This document shows positions 1 to 12,918 of a stretch of DNA of 64,000 bases, in pieces. The notes under the pieces are model-generated. The model saw only the letters and a program-made list of their open reading frames with translations. It had not been told where the DNA came from and did not search any database. Source of the stretch: Macrostomum lignano (Eukaryota); the NCBI GenBank assembly GCA_002269645.1, contig NIVC01002341.1, forward strand, positions 1 to 64,000, written 5' to 3'. The position numbers and the translations under genes are program-made. How positions within the stretch are numbered: the first letter of the stretch is position 1; each line of letters opens with the position of its first letter.

Positions 1-1671
1 GAATCAACTGTCAGAGAGCGTCATGCTGATCAAGTGTCAGAGAGCGTCATGCTGAATCAAGTGTCAGAGAGCGTCATGCTGAATCAAGTGTCAGGGAACG
101 TCATGCTGATAATAGTGTCAGAGAAGTCATGCTGAATCAAAGTGTCAGAACGTCATGCTGAATCAACTGTCAGAGAACGTCATGCTGAATCAAGTGTCAG
201 AGAGCGTCATGCTGAATCAAGTGTCAGGGAACGTCATGCTGAATCAAGTGTCAGAGAGGTCATGCTGAATCAAGTGTCAGAGAACGTCATGCTGAATCAA
301 CTGTCACAGAAGTCATGCTGAATCAACTGTCACAGAACGTCATGCTGAATCAAGTGTCAGAGAGCGTCATGCTGAATCAATGTCAGAGAGCGTCATGCTG
401 AATCAAGTGTCAGGGAGCGTCATGCTGAATCAAGTGTCAGAGAAGTCATGCTGAATCAAACTGTCAGAGAGCGTCATGCTGAATCAAGTGTGAGAGGTCA
501 TGCTGAATCAAGTCAGAGTCATGCTGAATCAACTGTCACAGAACGTCATGCTGAATCAAGTGTCAGAGAACGTCATGCTGAATCAAGTGTCACAGAACGT
601 CATGCTGAATCAACTGTCACAGAGTCATGCTGAATCACTGTCACAGAACGTCATGCTGAATCAACTGTCAGAGAACGTCATGCTGAATCAAGTGTCAGGG
701 AACGTCATGCTGAATCAAGTGTCAGAGAGCGTCATGCTGAATCAACTGTCAGAGAACGTCATGCTGAATCAAGTGTCACAGAAACGTCATGCTGAATCAA
801 CTGTCAGGGAAGTCATGCTGAATCAAGTGTCAGAGAGCGTCATGCTGAATCAAGTGTCACAGAACGTCATGCTGAATCAAGTGTCAGAGAACGTCATGCT
901 GAATCAAGTGTCAGAGAGCGTCATGCTGAATCAACTGTCACAGAGCGTCATGCTGAATCAACTGTCACAGAAGTCATGCTGAATCAAGTGTCAGAGAGCT
1001 CATGCTGAATCAAGTGTCAGAGAGCGTCATGCTGAATCAAGTGTCACAGAACGTCATGCTGAATCAAGTGTCAGGGAACGTCATGCTGAATCAACTGTCA
1101 GAGAGCGTCATGCTGAATCAACTGTCAGAGAGCGTCATGCTGAATCAACTGTCAGGGAACGTCATGCTGAATCAACTGTCAGGAACGTCATGCTGAATCA
1201 AGTGTCAGAGAGGCGTCATGCTGAATCAAGTGTCAGAGAGCGTCATGCTGAATCAAGTGTCAGAGAGCGTCATGCTGAATCAAGTGTCAGAGAGCGTCAT
1301 GCTGAATCAAGTGTCAGAGAGCGTCATGCTGAATCAAGTGTCAGAGAGCGTCATGCTGAATCAAGTGTCAGAGAGCGTCATGCTGAATCAAGTGTCAGGG
1401 AACGTCATGCCGAATCAAGTGTCAGAGAGCGTCATGCTGAATCAAGTGTCAGGGAACGTCATGCTGAATCAAGTGTCAGAGAGCGTCATGCTGAATCAAG
1501 TGTCAGAGAGCGTCATGCTGAATCAAGTGTCACAGAACGTCATGCTGAATCAAGTGTCAGAGAACGTCATGCTGAATCAAGTGTCAGAGAACGTCATGCT
1601 GAATCAAGTGTCAACAGAACGTCATGCTGAATCAACTGTCAGGGAACGTCATGCTGAATCAACTGTCAGCT
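1..1671. repeat. 27-bp minisatellite (GCTGAATCAAGTGTCAGAGAGCGTCAT)n, ~62 copies, open at window start; lies in an intron of the FANK1-like gene
   Basis: Direct tandem periodicity of 27 bp. The ORFs (MLNQVSESV)n and (RHAESSVRE)n are translations of the unit. Confidence 0.97.
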
Positions 1672-1706
1672 GATGACAGAATAAAATCGGTAATCTCCTG
1701 ACTCAC

Positions 1707-3023
1707 CGTTCTCTCCGCACCAGTCCACCTGGGCTCCGCTATTGATGAGCATCTCACAGGACTCGGCCTTGCCAGCGAGAGCGCCTGCATCAGGGGCTGA
1801 AGCCTTTGTCATCTGGCGCGTTGGGATTGGCCGCCTGTGTCTAACACGCGCTGAAGCTCCTGCAGTTTCTCCAGTCGAACCAGACGATGCAGATCCTCGC
1901 CGGTGTACAGTCTGCGAGCGGTTTTGACCGACTGCGGGTTGGAGCTCGCCCCAGCCGGGGTCGACGCGCGAACGGAAGCGCAGGCTGTAGGACTGGCTGT
2001 CTGACAGGCGTCACTGTGCACTTCGTGTCGTAGCCTTTGTAGGCCACGTCCCAGCTGTCTGGCTGCGCCTGGTCGGAGCGCTGCACCTGCACCTGGGATC
2101 GAGTGTGTGGGTAGGGTAATGCAGGTCTCCTCTCCCTTCATCTCCTCTCTCCCTTCATCTCCTCTCTCCTTCATCTCCTCTCTCTCCTTCTCCTCTCTCC
2201 TTCATCTCCTCTCTCCCTTCCTCTCTCTCTCCCTTCATCTCCTCTCTCCCTCCTCTCCTCTCTCCCTTCCTATCCCTACATCTCCTCTTTCCTATCCCTA
2301 CATCTCCTCTTTCACTATCCCTACATCTCCTCTTTCCCTATCCCTATATCTCCTCTTTCAATATGCCTACATCTCCTCTTTTCCTATCCCTGTATCTCCT
2401 CTTTCACTATCATTAATATCTCCTATTTTCTATCCCTACATCTCCTCTCCCTACATCTCCTCTCCCTACATCTCTCTCCCTACATCTCCTTTCACCCATC
2501 ATCTCCTCTCTCCTTCATCTCCTCTCTCCTTCATCTCCTCTCTCCTTCATCTCATCTCCTCATCATTTTTCCTAGATCTACTTTCTCTACATCTCTTCCT
2601 AAATTTCTCCCTTACATTACTCTCTCCCTACATTTCCTCTTTCTATCCCTACATCACCTCTCCTGACATCTTCTCTAGGCCTACATCTCCTTTCTCCTTA
2701 CCTCTCTTCTCTCTAAATCTCATCTATTCCTACATCTCCTCTCCCTACTCTCATTTATGCCTACATCTCTCTCTACATTTTTATCGCTACACCTCCTCTC
2801 GTCCTAAATCTCTTCTCTTCTTACATCTACTTTCTCTCATCTCACCCTGCATCTCTGTCTGTAAATCTCATCTCTCACTCTATAAAAAGACCTCAGACTT
2901 GAGCTTGCCATCCTGTGCGCTGAGGACTCCAGTCCTTCGCGTGCAGCGACTCCCAGCTGAGCTCCAGAGACTGATGAGTCACTGCCGTGATCTTGAGAGC
3001 TGCGGCTTCGGTGGAATTGGCAT
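1707..3023 (-). CDS. FANK1: FANK1-like protein (FN3 domain + ankyrin repeats), first two exons (~2895-3023 and 1707-2092), several frameshifts; gene continues beyond position 1
   Basis: Pieces joined across frames read MPIPPKPQL/KITAVTHQSLELSW, WDVAYKGYDTKCTVT/LSDSQSYSLRFR, SNPQSVKTARRLYTGEDLHRLV and ANPNAPDDKGFSP/LMQA/LAGKAESCEMLINSGAQVD. These parallel FANK1 as I recall it ([54 protein letters not shown]). Acceptor cccag| at 2093 and donor |gtgagt at 1706. The exon 1 donor is not resolved. Confidence 0.75.
2127..2880. repeat. CT-rich low-complexity tract (CTCTCC/CTACATCT motifs) in FANK1-like intron 1
   Basis: Strong pyrimidine bias on + with degenerate short units. The 308-aa S/L/P ORF is a composition artefact. 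Confidence 0.85.
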
Positions 3024-3472
3024 TCTGGCTTAAGATATTTAATATGGCTAAAATGCACCCCAGTCTCCGACAAAGTTGTACTGTTGAGTCGAGTTTAAAT
3101 AGCCTGTCTGCTTTTCTATTAGAAAAGTTGTAGGTCAACGTGCAGATAAGTAAAAAGGCTGCTTTTAAAAAATACTGTTTGCAGTACTTTCTGCCGGCTC
3201 TGTTTGCCGTTAGGTTTCTATGAAAGCAGGCAAAATGCACGGAGCTTGGAGTCAATTTAGAAGCCGGAGATTTGCCTTATCTATGCATACAGCTGTGTGT
3301 ATTCGGTGGGGACCAATGGGAGCTCTGTAATAGTAATGAAAAGTGACTATGAAGGACTGAGATTTCACTGTCTACTGAGTCTTAATATTTTGATTGACAA
3401 ATTTTGCTATTTATGGAAGAGTATAATAGTATAATGCAGCTGAGTGGATTGCTAATTTGCATAATTGCTTGT

Positions 3473-4290
<818 letters not shown>

Positions 4291-4974
4291 AGGTGAGTCA
4301 TTATCCACTATTTCGCCACAGTGCATTTAACCCAGCGCAGCTCAGTTAGAATTCTTAATAATGGCTGAAATCAGCTTATCGACGTATCCTCTCTCCTTGT
4401 TGGTAGTGCAGAATCAAATAGGAAAATTTCAACTGACAAGTCCTGTACGCGCAAATGCAAAAATGAATGCAATGCTCTCTTCCGGGTAAAAGCAGCCTGA
4501 GCTCCCCTTTGAAGTTCAGTGCTCTGAGCACAAATTCTCATCTGGCCCAGCTGCTCAGGGACACACGGCATAGCGCAGGTTTTAACTGAAGAACCGGGGG
4601 GCAAACTTCCTGAACAATCTTTTGAAGGAAGTTTGTGGTGGGCTGCGCCGTGCTCTGCATTCAAGCATGGGGTGGATGCTGGGAGTGCGACACAATGATG
4701 AAGGTTTGGATTGGGGTTCTTCTCAGGTTGCACCTAGCTAATGCATTTCCTAAGCCTCAGGTATGCGATTGCATTGTCCGGGATCAACTTTTTTAGAATC
4801 CTTGGATTCAACTTTGAGGGAGAGCCTTCATCCACTCTGTGTTTTTTTTACTCACGTGGCCTCATCAAATTCTGCGATTTGCTATACTCACCATCTGTGC
4901 CTCTCCGCCTTCTTCTATAGCTGTCTCCATCTCATGTGTTCTTCCCAATTCGATGCTCTCTCACCTTGTCGATA

Positions 4975-5350
4975 TCCCTCTCTCTCTCTCTCTGCCTCCC
5001 TCTCCATCTCCCCTCACCCTCCCTCTCCATCTGCCTCTCCTCTTTCCACTTCTCCATCTACCCCTCCCTTTCTCACTCTCTCCTCTCCTCCTCTCTCCTT
5101 TTTCCTCTCCTCCCTCTCCCTCTTCCTCTCTCCCTCTCCATCTACCCCTCTCCTCTCCCTCTCCCCTCTCTCTCCTCTCCCTCTTCCTCTCTCCCCCTTC
5201 TCTCTCTCCCTCTCCATTTACATCATCTTCCTCTCCATCTCCCTCTCCCTCTTCCTCTCTCCCTCTCCATCTACCCCTCTCCCTCTCAGTCTCCTCCTTC
5301 TCCCACTCTCACCCTCCTATCCCTCTCTGTCCCCATCTCCCTCCCCCTCT
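4975..5350. repeat. Polypyrimidine low-complexity tract
   Basis: Almost exclusively C/T on +. Confidence 0.9.
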
Positions 5351-6049
5351 GTATTACAACTAGGTATAAAAACCAGCACATTAACATTTAGATTAGGTAA
5401 AACCCTGTTAGAAATCTCTAATTGTTGCCCGAGTTAATACTGTCGTCTCGACCAGTTTGCCTATTGTAAAGATCTAAAATTTTCTTTATATTGAATGGCA
5501 TCGGTAGAAGCGGTAGAATTAAAGTCGCAACGCAACTGCAGCTCATCCTATTGAATTGTGATTCTTTGTCACCATGGAAACCGCGAGGCAGCACAACAGT
5601 AACTAGCATAGCGGATGAAATATTTTCTATAGAAAAGCGCCGAGAAGCGTACAGCTTTATTGCTATTGAAAGCTGAGCTCTGCAGACTGAAGAAGATGAT
5701 AGAAGATGAGAATCTGCAGTCACAGCACAGCCATTGATCATTGATAATGAATTTGAGCTTAAAATCATCCCGCAGTTCCATTGTGTCAGAATTTCTATTT
5801 AAAATTAAGTAAACGATAATATACGCTTAATTTCCATGCATATGCGCTTAACAGCCTACTGGAATCCACGCTTTCAGTAGAGTAGTTTGCAAATAACCGT
5901 CGTTATATTTAATAGCCTTTCACATCCTAAAAAGTTTTATATTGACCTTGCTATAACGATACTCATAAAAAGAAATGAGATGGCATGTGTACGCGAAGCC
6001 CTTTCTGCTTGTAAACGCTTAGAAATTGTTTAAACTTGTCCTTGGACAT

Positions 6050-7560
6050 TACCTCTATCTACCTCTCCATCTCCCTCTCCATCTTCCTCTCCCTCTCCCT
6101 CTCCCTCTCCCTCTCCCTCTTCATCTCCCTCTCCCTCTTCCTCTCCATCTCCCTCTCCCTCTTCCTCTCCCTCTCCATCTCCCTCTCCATCTCCCTCTCC
6201 ATCTCTCTCTCCATCTCCCTCTCCATCTCCATCTCCTCTCCCTCTTCCTCTCCCTCTCCATCTCCCTCTCCATCTCCCTCTCCCTCTTCCTCTCCCTCCC
6301 ATCTCCCTCTCCATCTCCCTCTCCCTCTTCCTCTCCCTCTCCATCTCCCTCTCCCTCTTCCTCTCCCTCTCCATCTCCCTCTCCCTCTTCCTCTCCCTCT
6401 CCATCTCCCTCTCCATCTCCCTCTCCATCTCCATCTCCCTCTCCCTCTTCCTCTCCCTCTCCCTCTCCATCTCCATCTCCCTCTCCATCTCCCTCTCCCT
6501 CTTCCTCTCCCTCTCCATCTCCCTCTCCATCTCCCTCTCCCTCTTCCTCTCCCTCTCCCTCTTCCTCTTCGTCTCTCTCTCTATCTCCCTTTCCCGCTCT
6601 GTCTCCATCTCCCTCTCCATCTCCCTCTCCATCTCCCTCTCCATCTCCCTCTCCATCTCCATCTCCCTCTCCCTCCCCATCTCCCTCCCCATCTCCCTCT
6701 CCATCTCCCTCTCCCTCTTCCTCTCCCTCCCCATCTCCCTCTCCATTTCCCTCTCTATCTCCCTCTCCCTCTTCCTCTCCCTCTCCATCTCCCTCTCCCT
6801 CTTCCTCTCCCTCTCCATCTCCCTCTCCATCTCCCTCTCCCTCTTCCTCTCCCTCTCCCTCTCCCTCTTCGTCTCTCTCTCCATCTCCCTCTCCCTCTCC
6901 ATCTCCCTCTCCCTCTTCCTCTCCCTCTCCATCTCCCTCTCCATCTCCCTCTCCATCTCCCTCTCCCTCTTCCTCTCCCTCTCCATCTCCCTCTCCCTCT
7001 TCCTCTCCCTCTCCCTCTTCCTCTTCGTCTCTCTCTCCATCTCCCTCTCCATCTCCCTCTTCCTCTCCCTCTCCATCTCTCTCTCCATCTCCCTCTCCAT
7101 CTCCCTCTCCCTCTTCCTCTCCCTCTCCCTCTTCCTCTTCGTCTCTCTCTCTATCTCCCTTTCCCTCTCTGTCTCCTTCTCCCTCTCCATCTCCCTCTCC
7201 CTCTTCATCTCCTTCTCCCTCTTCCTCTCCCTCTCCCTCTTCCTCTCCCTCTCCCTCTTCCTCTCCCTCTCCATCTCCATCTTCCTCTCCCTCTTCCTCT
7301 CCCTCTCCCTCTTCCTCTCCCTCTCCATCTCCCTCTCCATCTCCCTCTCCCTCTCCATCTCCCTCTCCATCTCCCTCCCCCTCTCCATCTCCCTCTCCCT
7401 CTTCCTCTCCCTCTCCCTCTTCCTCTTCGTCTCTCTCTCCCTCTTCCTCTTCGTCTCTCTCTCTATCTCCCTTTCCCTCTCTGTCTCCTTCTCCCTCTCC
7501 CTCTTCATTTCTTCATTTCTTCTACATCCCGCTCTCCCACCCTTTTTCTTTCCTTTCTCT
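6050..7560. repeat. Hexamer microsatellite (CTCTCC/CATCTC/CTCTTC)n, ~1.5 kb
   Basis: 6-bp periodicity. The (SP)n, (LP)n and (ER)n ORFs derive from it. Confidence 0.97.
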
Positions 7561-9070
7561 TTATCTCTATTTTAAAATACTCGTATAATATAATAATTTC
7601 AACGCTTACATCAAGGAGCAATAGTTTAGACTTATATAAAATTATTTTAATTTAAAAGACTGCTAGAGTATTCTAAATAATAATCATTCCTTCCTTCAAT
7701 TTTTTCTCCACAATAAAGAAAGTTGCGCAGGTAATTTGGAAAAAAGTTAATTTTCACAAACTTTACTGGATTAAAACAAAGTATACATAAGGTTAGTTAT
7801 AGTATAATCGCATGGTATTAGGGCATAAAACGATGAGACTATGTGGTTCTGTGATGCCATGCTCATGTACCTCCAGTCCAGTTCAGGTCTCCAGATGTCC
7901 CCTGTTCGTCCCTGACGATCAAGCCGAAGTCTCTGCTTGCTGCTGCATTCCGTGCTGTCCCGCCCGTATTTGCCTTCAGTCAACACTGCAAGGTAGACAG
8001 AGCCTGTCTATTTTAGCTTCCAGAGAGATTTTGCCTACTCAAATATGGTTGCGCTGTTTTGCTTAGCTTTCGTTACCTCTCCCTGCATGGATTGCTCATG
8101 ATTGTTTATATGGTAAATTCGTTTGCTGCACATAAACCTCTGGCCAAGCAGCAGCTTACTACACACTTTCATATTTTAGCTATGGAAAACTACGGAAAGT
8201 CTGTTAATAACTCCAAACATTTTATTATAGGTACATAATTTTGCGATGAACACTCGCAAAAGGTCAAATTATAGATCAGCTTGTCAGTTAACCTCTAATT
8301 GCACTACTAATAGGACAGCATCCCGACTGGCATCAGCTTCATAAATAGACTTCTTGTTTACGAGAGACGGCCTTCAAAAATATCCATGATTCACGTGTCA
8401 CGTCCATCAGCTGTGTTTGTTGATTCACGCTCCCCCACCACAAGTGCAGAACACACAGGCTCTTTCTCTGCCTGTCTCGATACAATAAACTACCTATTAT
8501 TGTTGCAGGTGAGAGCCATGGGGGACTGATATGACGTGGGAACTTTTCCGTCCTTCTCCCCCCCCCCAGAGCTGCTGTGCTAAACGTTGTTTACACAGAC
8601 AGGATGGGCGGTGGGACTGGGGGGATGTGGACGAGAAGGTGAGCTGCTGAGTTGCTAAGGGTTACGGTTAGTTCCCGTGCGTACATCCAGCAAAAGCAGC
8701 CATTTTATTCTGCTTTTGAAAGAGAGAAAAACTCTTTGAAATCCCTTCCCCCATTGTGAGTTGAGCTGAACTTTTAGGTGGGGCCAGCTCTCGGGTGGTC
8801 CGCAGTTAAACAGAGTTTTATTTCAGGAAATTTTTATTCTCTCGCTGCCCTACAATTGGCTGAAGGCTCTTGCTGTGACGAAGGACTGCTTGGTTGTCAG
8901 GGTAGAAAAATTGGAGCGTTATATAAGCACGTTTGAAATAATGCCGGTAGATCGGTAGTTTCGAAACACTCAACGGTAAGCTAGTCGGAGTTGCAACAGA
9001 AGACGCATACGGGAATTGGAACACCTGCTATATACTTTTTTCATTGGCAAACGAGAGCAATCTAGCCATA

Positions 9071-10114
9071 ATGGCTTTTAACGGTGGATCCGTGTGGATG
9101 AAGTGCACCTGGGCGCTAATTACCATCGGCTTTGTTGTATGGCTAGCGGCCTCGGAAGTCAGGAGCGCGACGACTTTGGGCTCAGATTCAACCGAAAAGG
9201 CGCTTCAAGCGTTTCTTATAATCGGCATTGTCACCTATTTTGCCGGCGTGTTGCTCACGTTTCTCTACTTGTTTGTTGACGAGACTGCCGGAAATAAAAT
9301 TGTGCTAATCGTTGATTTGGTTGTTGTTTTTATTGCTGGTGAGTCGTTTTTCTCCTTTCTTTAATATTAATAGATTTGCACCTACAAAAATACCTGAGAT
9401 GGCTTCTAATCTTATGCTTCTATCTTCTTCTGGTTCTTGTTTGTTATGAGTTTGCTCGTAAAGTATAAAATGTTTGCATGTTTGTTTGTCCGTTCGTTTG
9501 CTCATTATTTCGTCCGTTTATTGTTTCGTTTATCCATATACTAATTCATTTATTCATTAATTTGTTATTTCGTTTGTTTAATCGTTCATTATACTGGTTT
9601 CTTTTTCGTTCATTCATTTGTTAATTTATTCCTATATTCATTTGTGATATCGTGTTTTCATTCATTAAATAGTTCGTTTCTTTATTCGTTCAATCACTCA
9701 TTGTTCTTTCAGTTTTTTTATTATTTTCTTTATTCATCCTTTCGTTAATTAGTTCGTTTACTCAGTCGTTTTTTTATTTAATTCGTTCATTATTCAGTAA
9801 AATAATTCATTGGTTCATTGCTTCGTTGATTCCTTGATTAATTTGTTCATCACGCAGTCAGCATAAATACGTTTTATATCCAAATCAAATTATTATTCAT
9901 CCATTTGTTTGTGCCTGCCCGAAGTCTTTAAACCACGATTGCCGATCCACGCGCAGGTCTGAGCGCCATTGTCGCCCTGGGCATCGGTCAGGCGGTGAAC
10001 TTCTCCGATCGCCTCGCCTATTCGTCAATTTGCGCCATCGTTTCCGGCGTATTCTGCATCCTGGAGCTAGTCGGCGGCGGCAAAGCTTCCGGAGGCGCCG
10101 GCGGTAACACCTGA
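9071..10114 (+). CDS. Small four-transmembrane protein of claudin/PMP22-like topology, 141 aa, 2 exons (9071-9338, 9957-10114)
   Basis: Donor G|GTGAGT at 9339 and acceptor CGCAG| at 9956, both phase 1, give an open spliced frame MAFNGGSVW...VFIAGLSAIVALGIG...GGAGGNT*. Four hydrophobic segments. The claudin W-GLW motif is not seen, so the family call is tentative. Confidence 0.8.
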
Positions 10115-10205
10115 GCAGAATTCGAATTACTTAATACGCATAAATTCTTCATATAATAAAAAGTTCTTATCATGTGTTTAAGTCCCCTGTGTTCATCTCT
10201 TTTCA

Positions 10206-10242
<37 letters not shown>

Positions 10243-11311
10243 CAGATTATCTTCAAAGTATTTTTTCAAAAAAGCCTTTTTTGCTGTTTTATCTTAAAAA
10301 AGTGTACGCTCGTAAAGTAGATTGTAACCGACTTTTCCAAAAAATGAACTATTCTAACTCTGATTTTGCTTATTTACGCGCTCGTAACAATTATATTATT
10401 TAGCGGAAGCATCTGCTTAGCTATCGAGTTCTTATCAGCCGCAGTTGCTGCATATTTATTGACACCTGACCATCATTGTTCTTCTCTATCTTTATTCTCG
10501 TGTTTGCTGGCCAACTACTTCCAGAATACCAACGCCCTAAAGTTGATATTACTTCTGTCCTCGCTGTTTTTAAACAAGCAATTGATTATTTATTCTCTAC
10601 TTGGATGTTTAACTTACTACTGCATCAGTAGGCAGCGAGAAGATCACAATTATTAACTTTTACTAAAATCTGAGCTCTGTGTTAATTTCATTTTGAAATA
10701 AAATCCTGTTTGACTTCTCTTAACTGAAAAAAGCACGCTTCCATTAATTTTGTTGTGCAACGCAGCGCAGTAAATGGTAATAGAAAACTTTCAGTACCAT
10801 CAAACATTCCTCCTCGTACAGCAATTCGATGTATCGTCCACGTCGCTATCAAATGGATAAGTTTACATTGCACCGACGCTTGGTCTCGACTTCATCATGC
10901 GTCTGCGAAAGGTAAAAAATACCTATTTTCTAGCGACATCCATCGGTGGACGTCAGAATGTTGCACGGGATAAGATTCTGCCCTCAGACTTTTGTCAAAC
11001 ACTTTGGCTTGCCGAATTCCTGACCTTTAGCTACTTGTGTGCCAGGAATCGCAAAATTTCAGGGACCAAGTCGCGACTAAAATAGAGAGGAAACTAATAA
11101 GTGACTTTTTTAAGCTCAGCACGCAACGCTTGCAAATCGTGCAAAAATAGTTTAATGCCGATTATTAAAATTTCTGTATCTGTGAATTAATCCGAATCGA
11201 AAAAAGTTCATTTTCGCGTCAGATTGTTCAGATATTTGTCCCCTACCAAGTAAGTCATTTAGTTTAGTCTCTCACTAGATGTAGATGCAAGAAAATTCTG
11301 TAAGATTGAGA

Positions 11312-11646
11312 GGGTCGCCATCATAAGCAACCCATAACTAACCCTAACCCTAAGGCACCAGTACCCTAGCCTAACCCTGAACCATAACCCTAAGGCACTA
11401 ACCCTAACCCCAACCCTAACCTAACCCTAAACCCTAACTTAAAGGCACAAGTTCTAACCCCGACCCTAACCCTAAACCCTAACCCTAAGGCACAAGCTCT
11501 AACCCTAACCCTATTCGAGCTTGTGATGGTGGTTGCTAAACTTTTCGACGATATGATTTTTCGAGCTTATGACTTTTCGAGATTGTGATGGTGGTTGTTA
11601 AATCAGTTTTCGACGATGTGATTTTTCGAGCTTGTGATGGGCCCCC
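11312..11646. mobile_element. 335-bp MITE with imperfect 17-bp TIRs, 8-bp TSD and internal degenerate (CCCTAA)n
   Basis: GATTGAGA is duplicated at 11304-11311 and 11647-11654. TIRs GGGTCGCCATCATAAGC and GCTTGTGATGGGCCCCC match 13/17. CCCTAA-type repeats span ~11335-11512. Confidence 0.75.
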
Positions 11647-12918
11647 GATTGAGACACCGAATAGGGTTCTATCCATGATTGAGATCATTTATAAGACAGA
11701 ACCCGCATACCCGCACATATATAAATATATCCTTTAAAATCTTTCTCACGACATGGCCAGTCATAATTTATCTATCTCGCTAATGTATTACGGCAACGTA
11801 TCGGCCTTCAACCATTTTTACACGAATCAAGAGTTTAACGCGTCCTTCTATAACAAAGTGTTTTTAGTGGTCCTTGGTAGCGAGTTTAATGCATTTAATT
11901 CTACATGGACTTTATTGCTGTGAGAAGACAGCAATTAAAGATAATTAAATCTCTCAAGTATTACTTTACGCTACAAGCAAATTGAAGTATCAAAGGAGGG
12001 ACCCTGGCAAACAAGGCGAGTTCTGGTGTCCGAATGAATAAAAACCACTTTTAAGCGATTTTACCTTAGCAGGAGGGAGCATAACAGCCTCGTGCATGAA
12101 GCACAATTCAAGAATTCGTGGGCGGGGGCGCTCGTCAAACTGACACAACCACCCGTCCCTTCTTTTATCTCCGAACGATCAGCTCTCTTTACTGCGGCAG
12201 AGCGGTACAGGGCATGGAATAGCTAGGTAAAATTACAGGGCCGATGATAGTTGAGATGTGATGATGCCAAACTTACTCGCCTGCCCGAACCGCCGACCGA
12301 ACAAGAGGCTGCATGATGGGTGCCCGCGCAGCGGGGGGGGGGGCGCGGCGGAAAAGTATTTCTTGTTTCTGGTTGCTCTGTCAGTTTAGTCCAGCAAAAA
12401 CCTCTTTGTAAGCCGCAGCTGTTATCAAACCTTAACTGATACATTGTCGTTTCCTCTACCCCCTCTCTCTTCTCTTTTCTTTTCAGTCCGTTCAATCTAG
12501 CAGCGTCGGTCTATAGATCTCTGTCAGTCAGCCAGTGCCAGCAAGATCGTCTCTTTTCGGTGTCATTCTTCTTCTACTACGCAGCATTTTGCAGAATATT
12601 TCTACCCAGATGAGGTCATGCAAACACACACACACACACACCCTCAGACACACTCTAGAGGCACTGTACTCCCACGACGCTGGACAAGCGCAGTCCACAA
12701 ACCAAAGAGACAGAGACCAAAGAGACACAAACGAAGTGTCGAATTGGAGTGAGGGAGAGACTGTCCAAATAGTTAGAGCAACAAATTTGATGAGCACAAG
12801 AGCTCAAAAGTAATAAATGCCATGTGCCTACGCAAAACTAACAGGTATTCTCAAGTGAGACACAGATAGAACTCAGACTCAGGTATTCACCAGTTGAAAA
12901 CGCATTCGCACACAGAAA

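Noticed and set aside
4371-5781. ORFs at 4371-4733 and 5418-5781 as genes or transposase remnants
   Set aside because: No recognisable motif or splice structure.
7886-7991. Possible Cys-rich internal exon (VSRCPLF...ACCCIPCCPARIC)
   Set aside because: AG/GT boundaries exist but I found no partner exons or homology.
11335-11512. True telomere or chromosome fusion site
   Set aside because: Short, degenerate, single orientation, and enclosed by TIRs plus a TSD, so better explained as MITE cargo.
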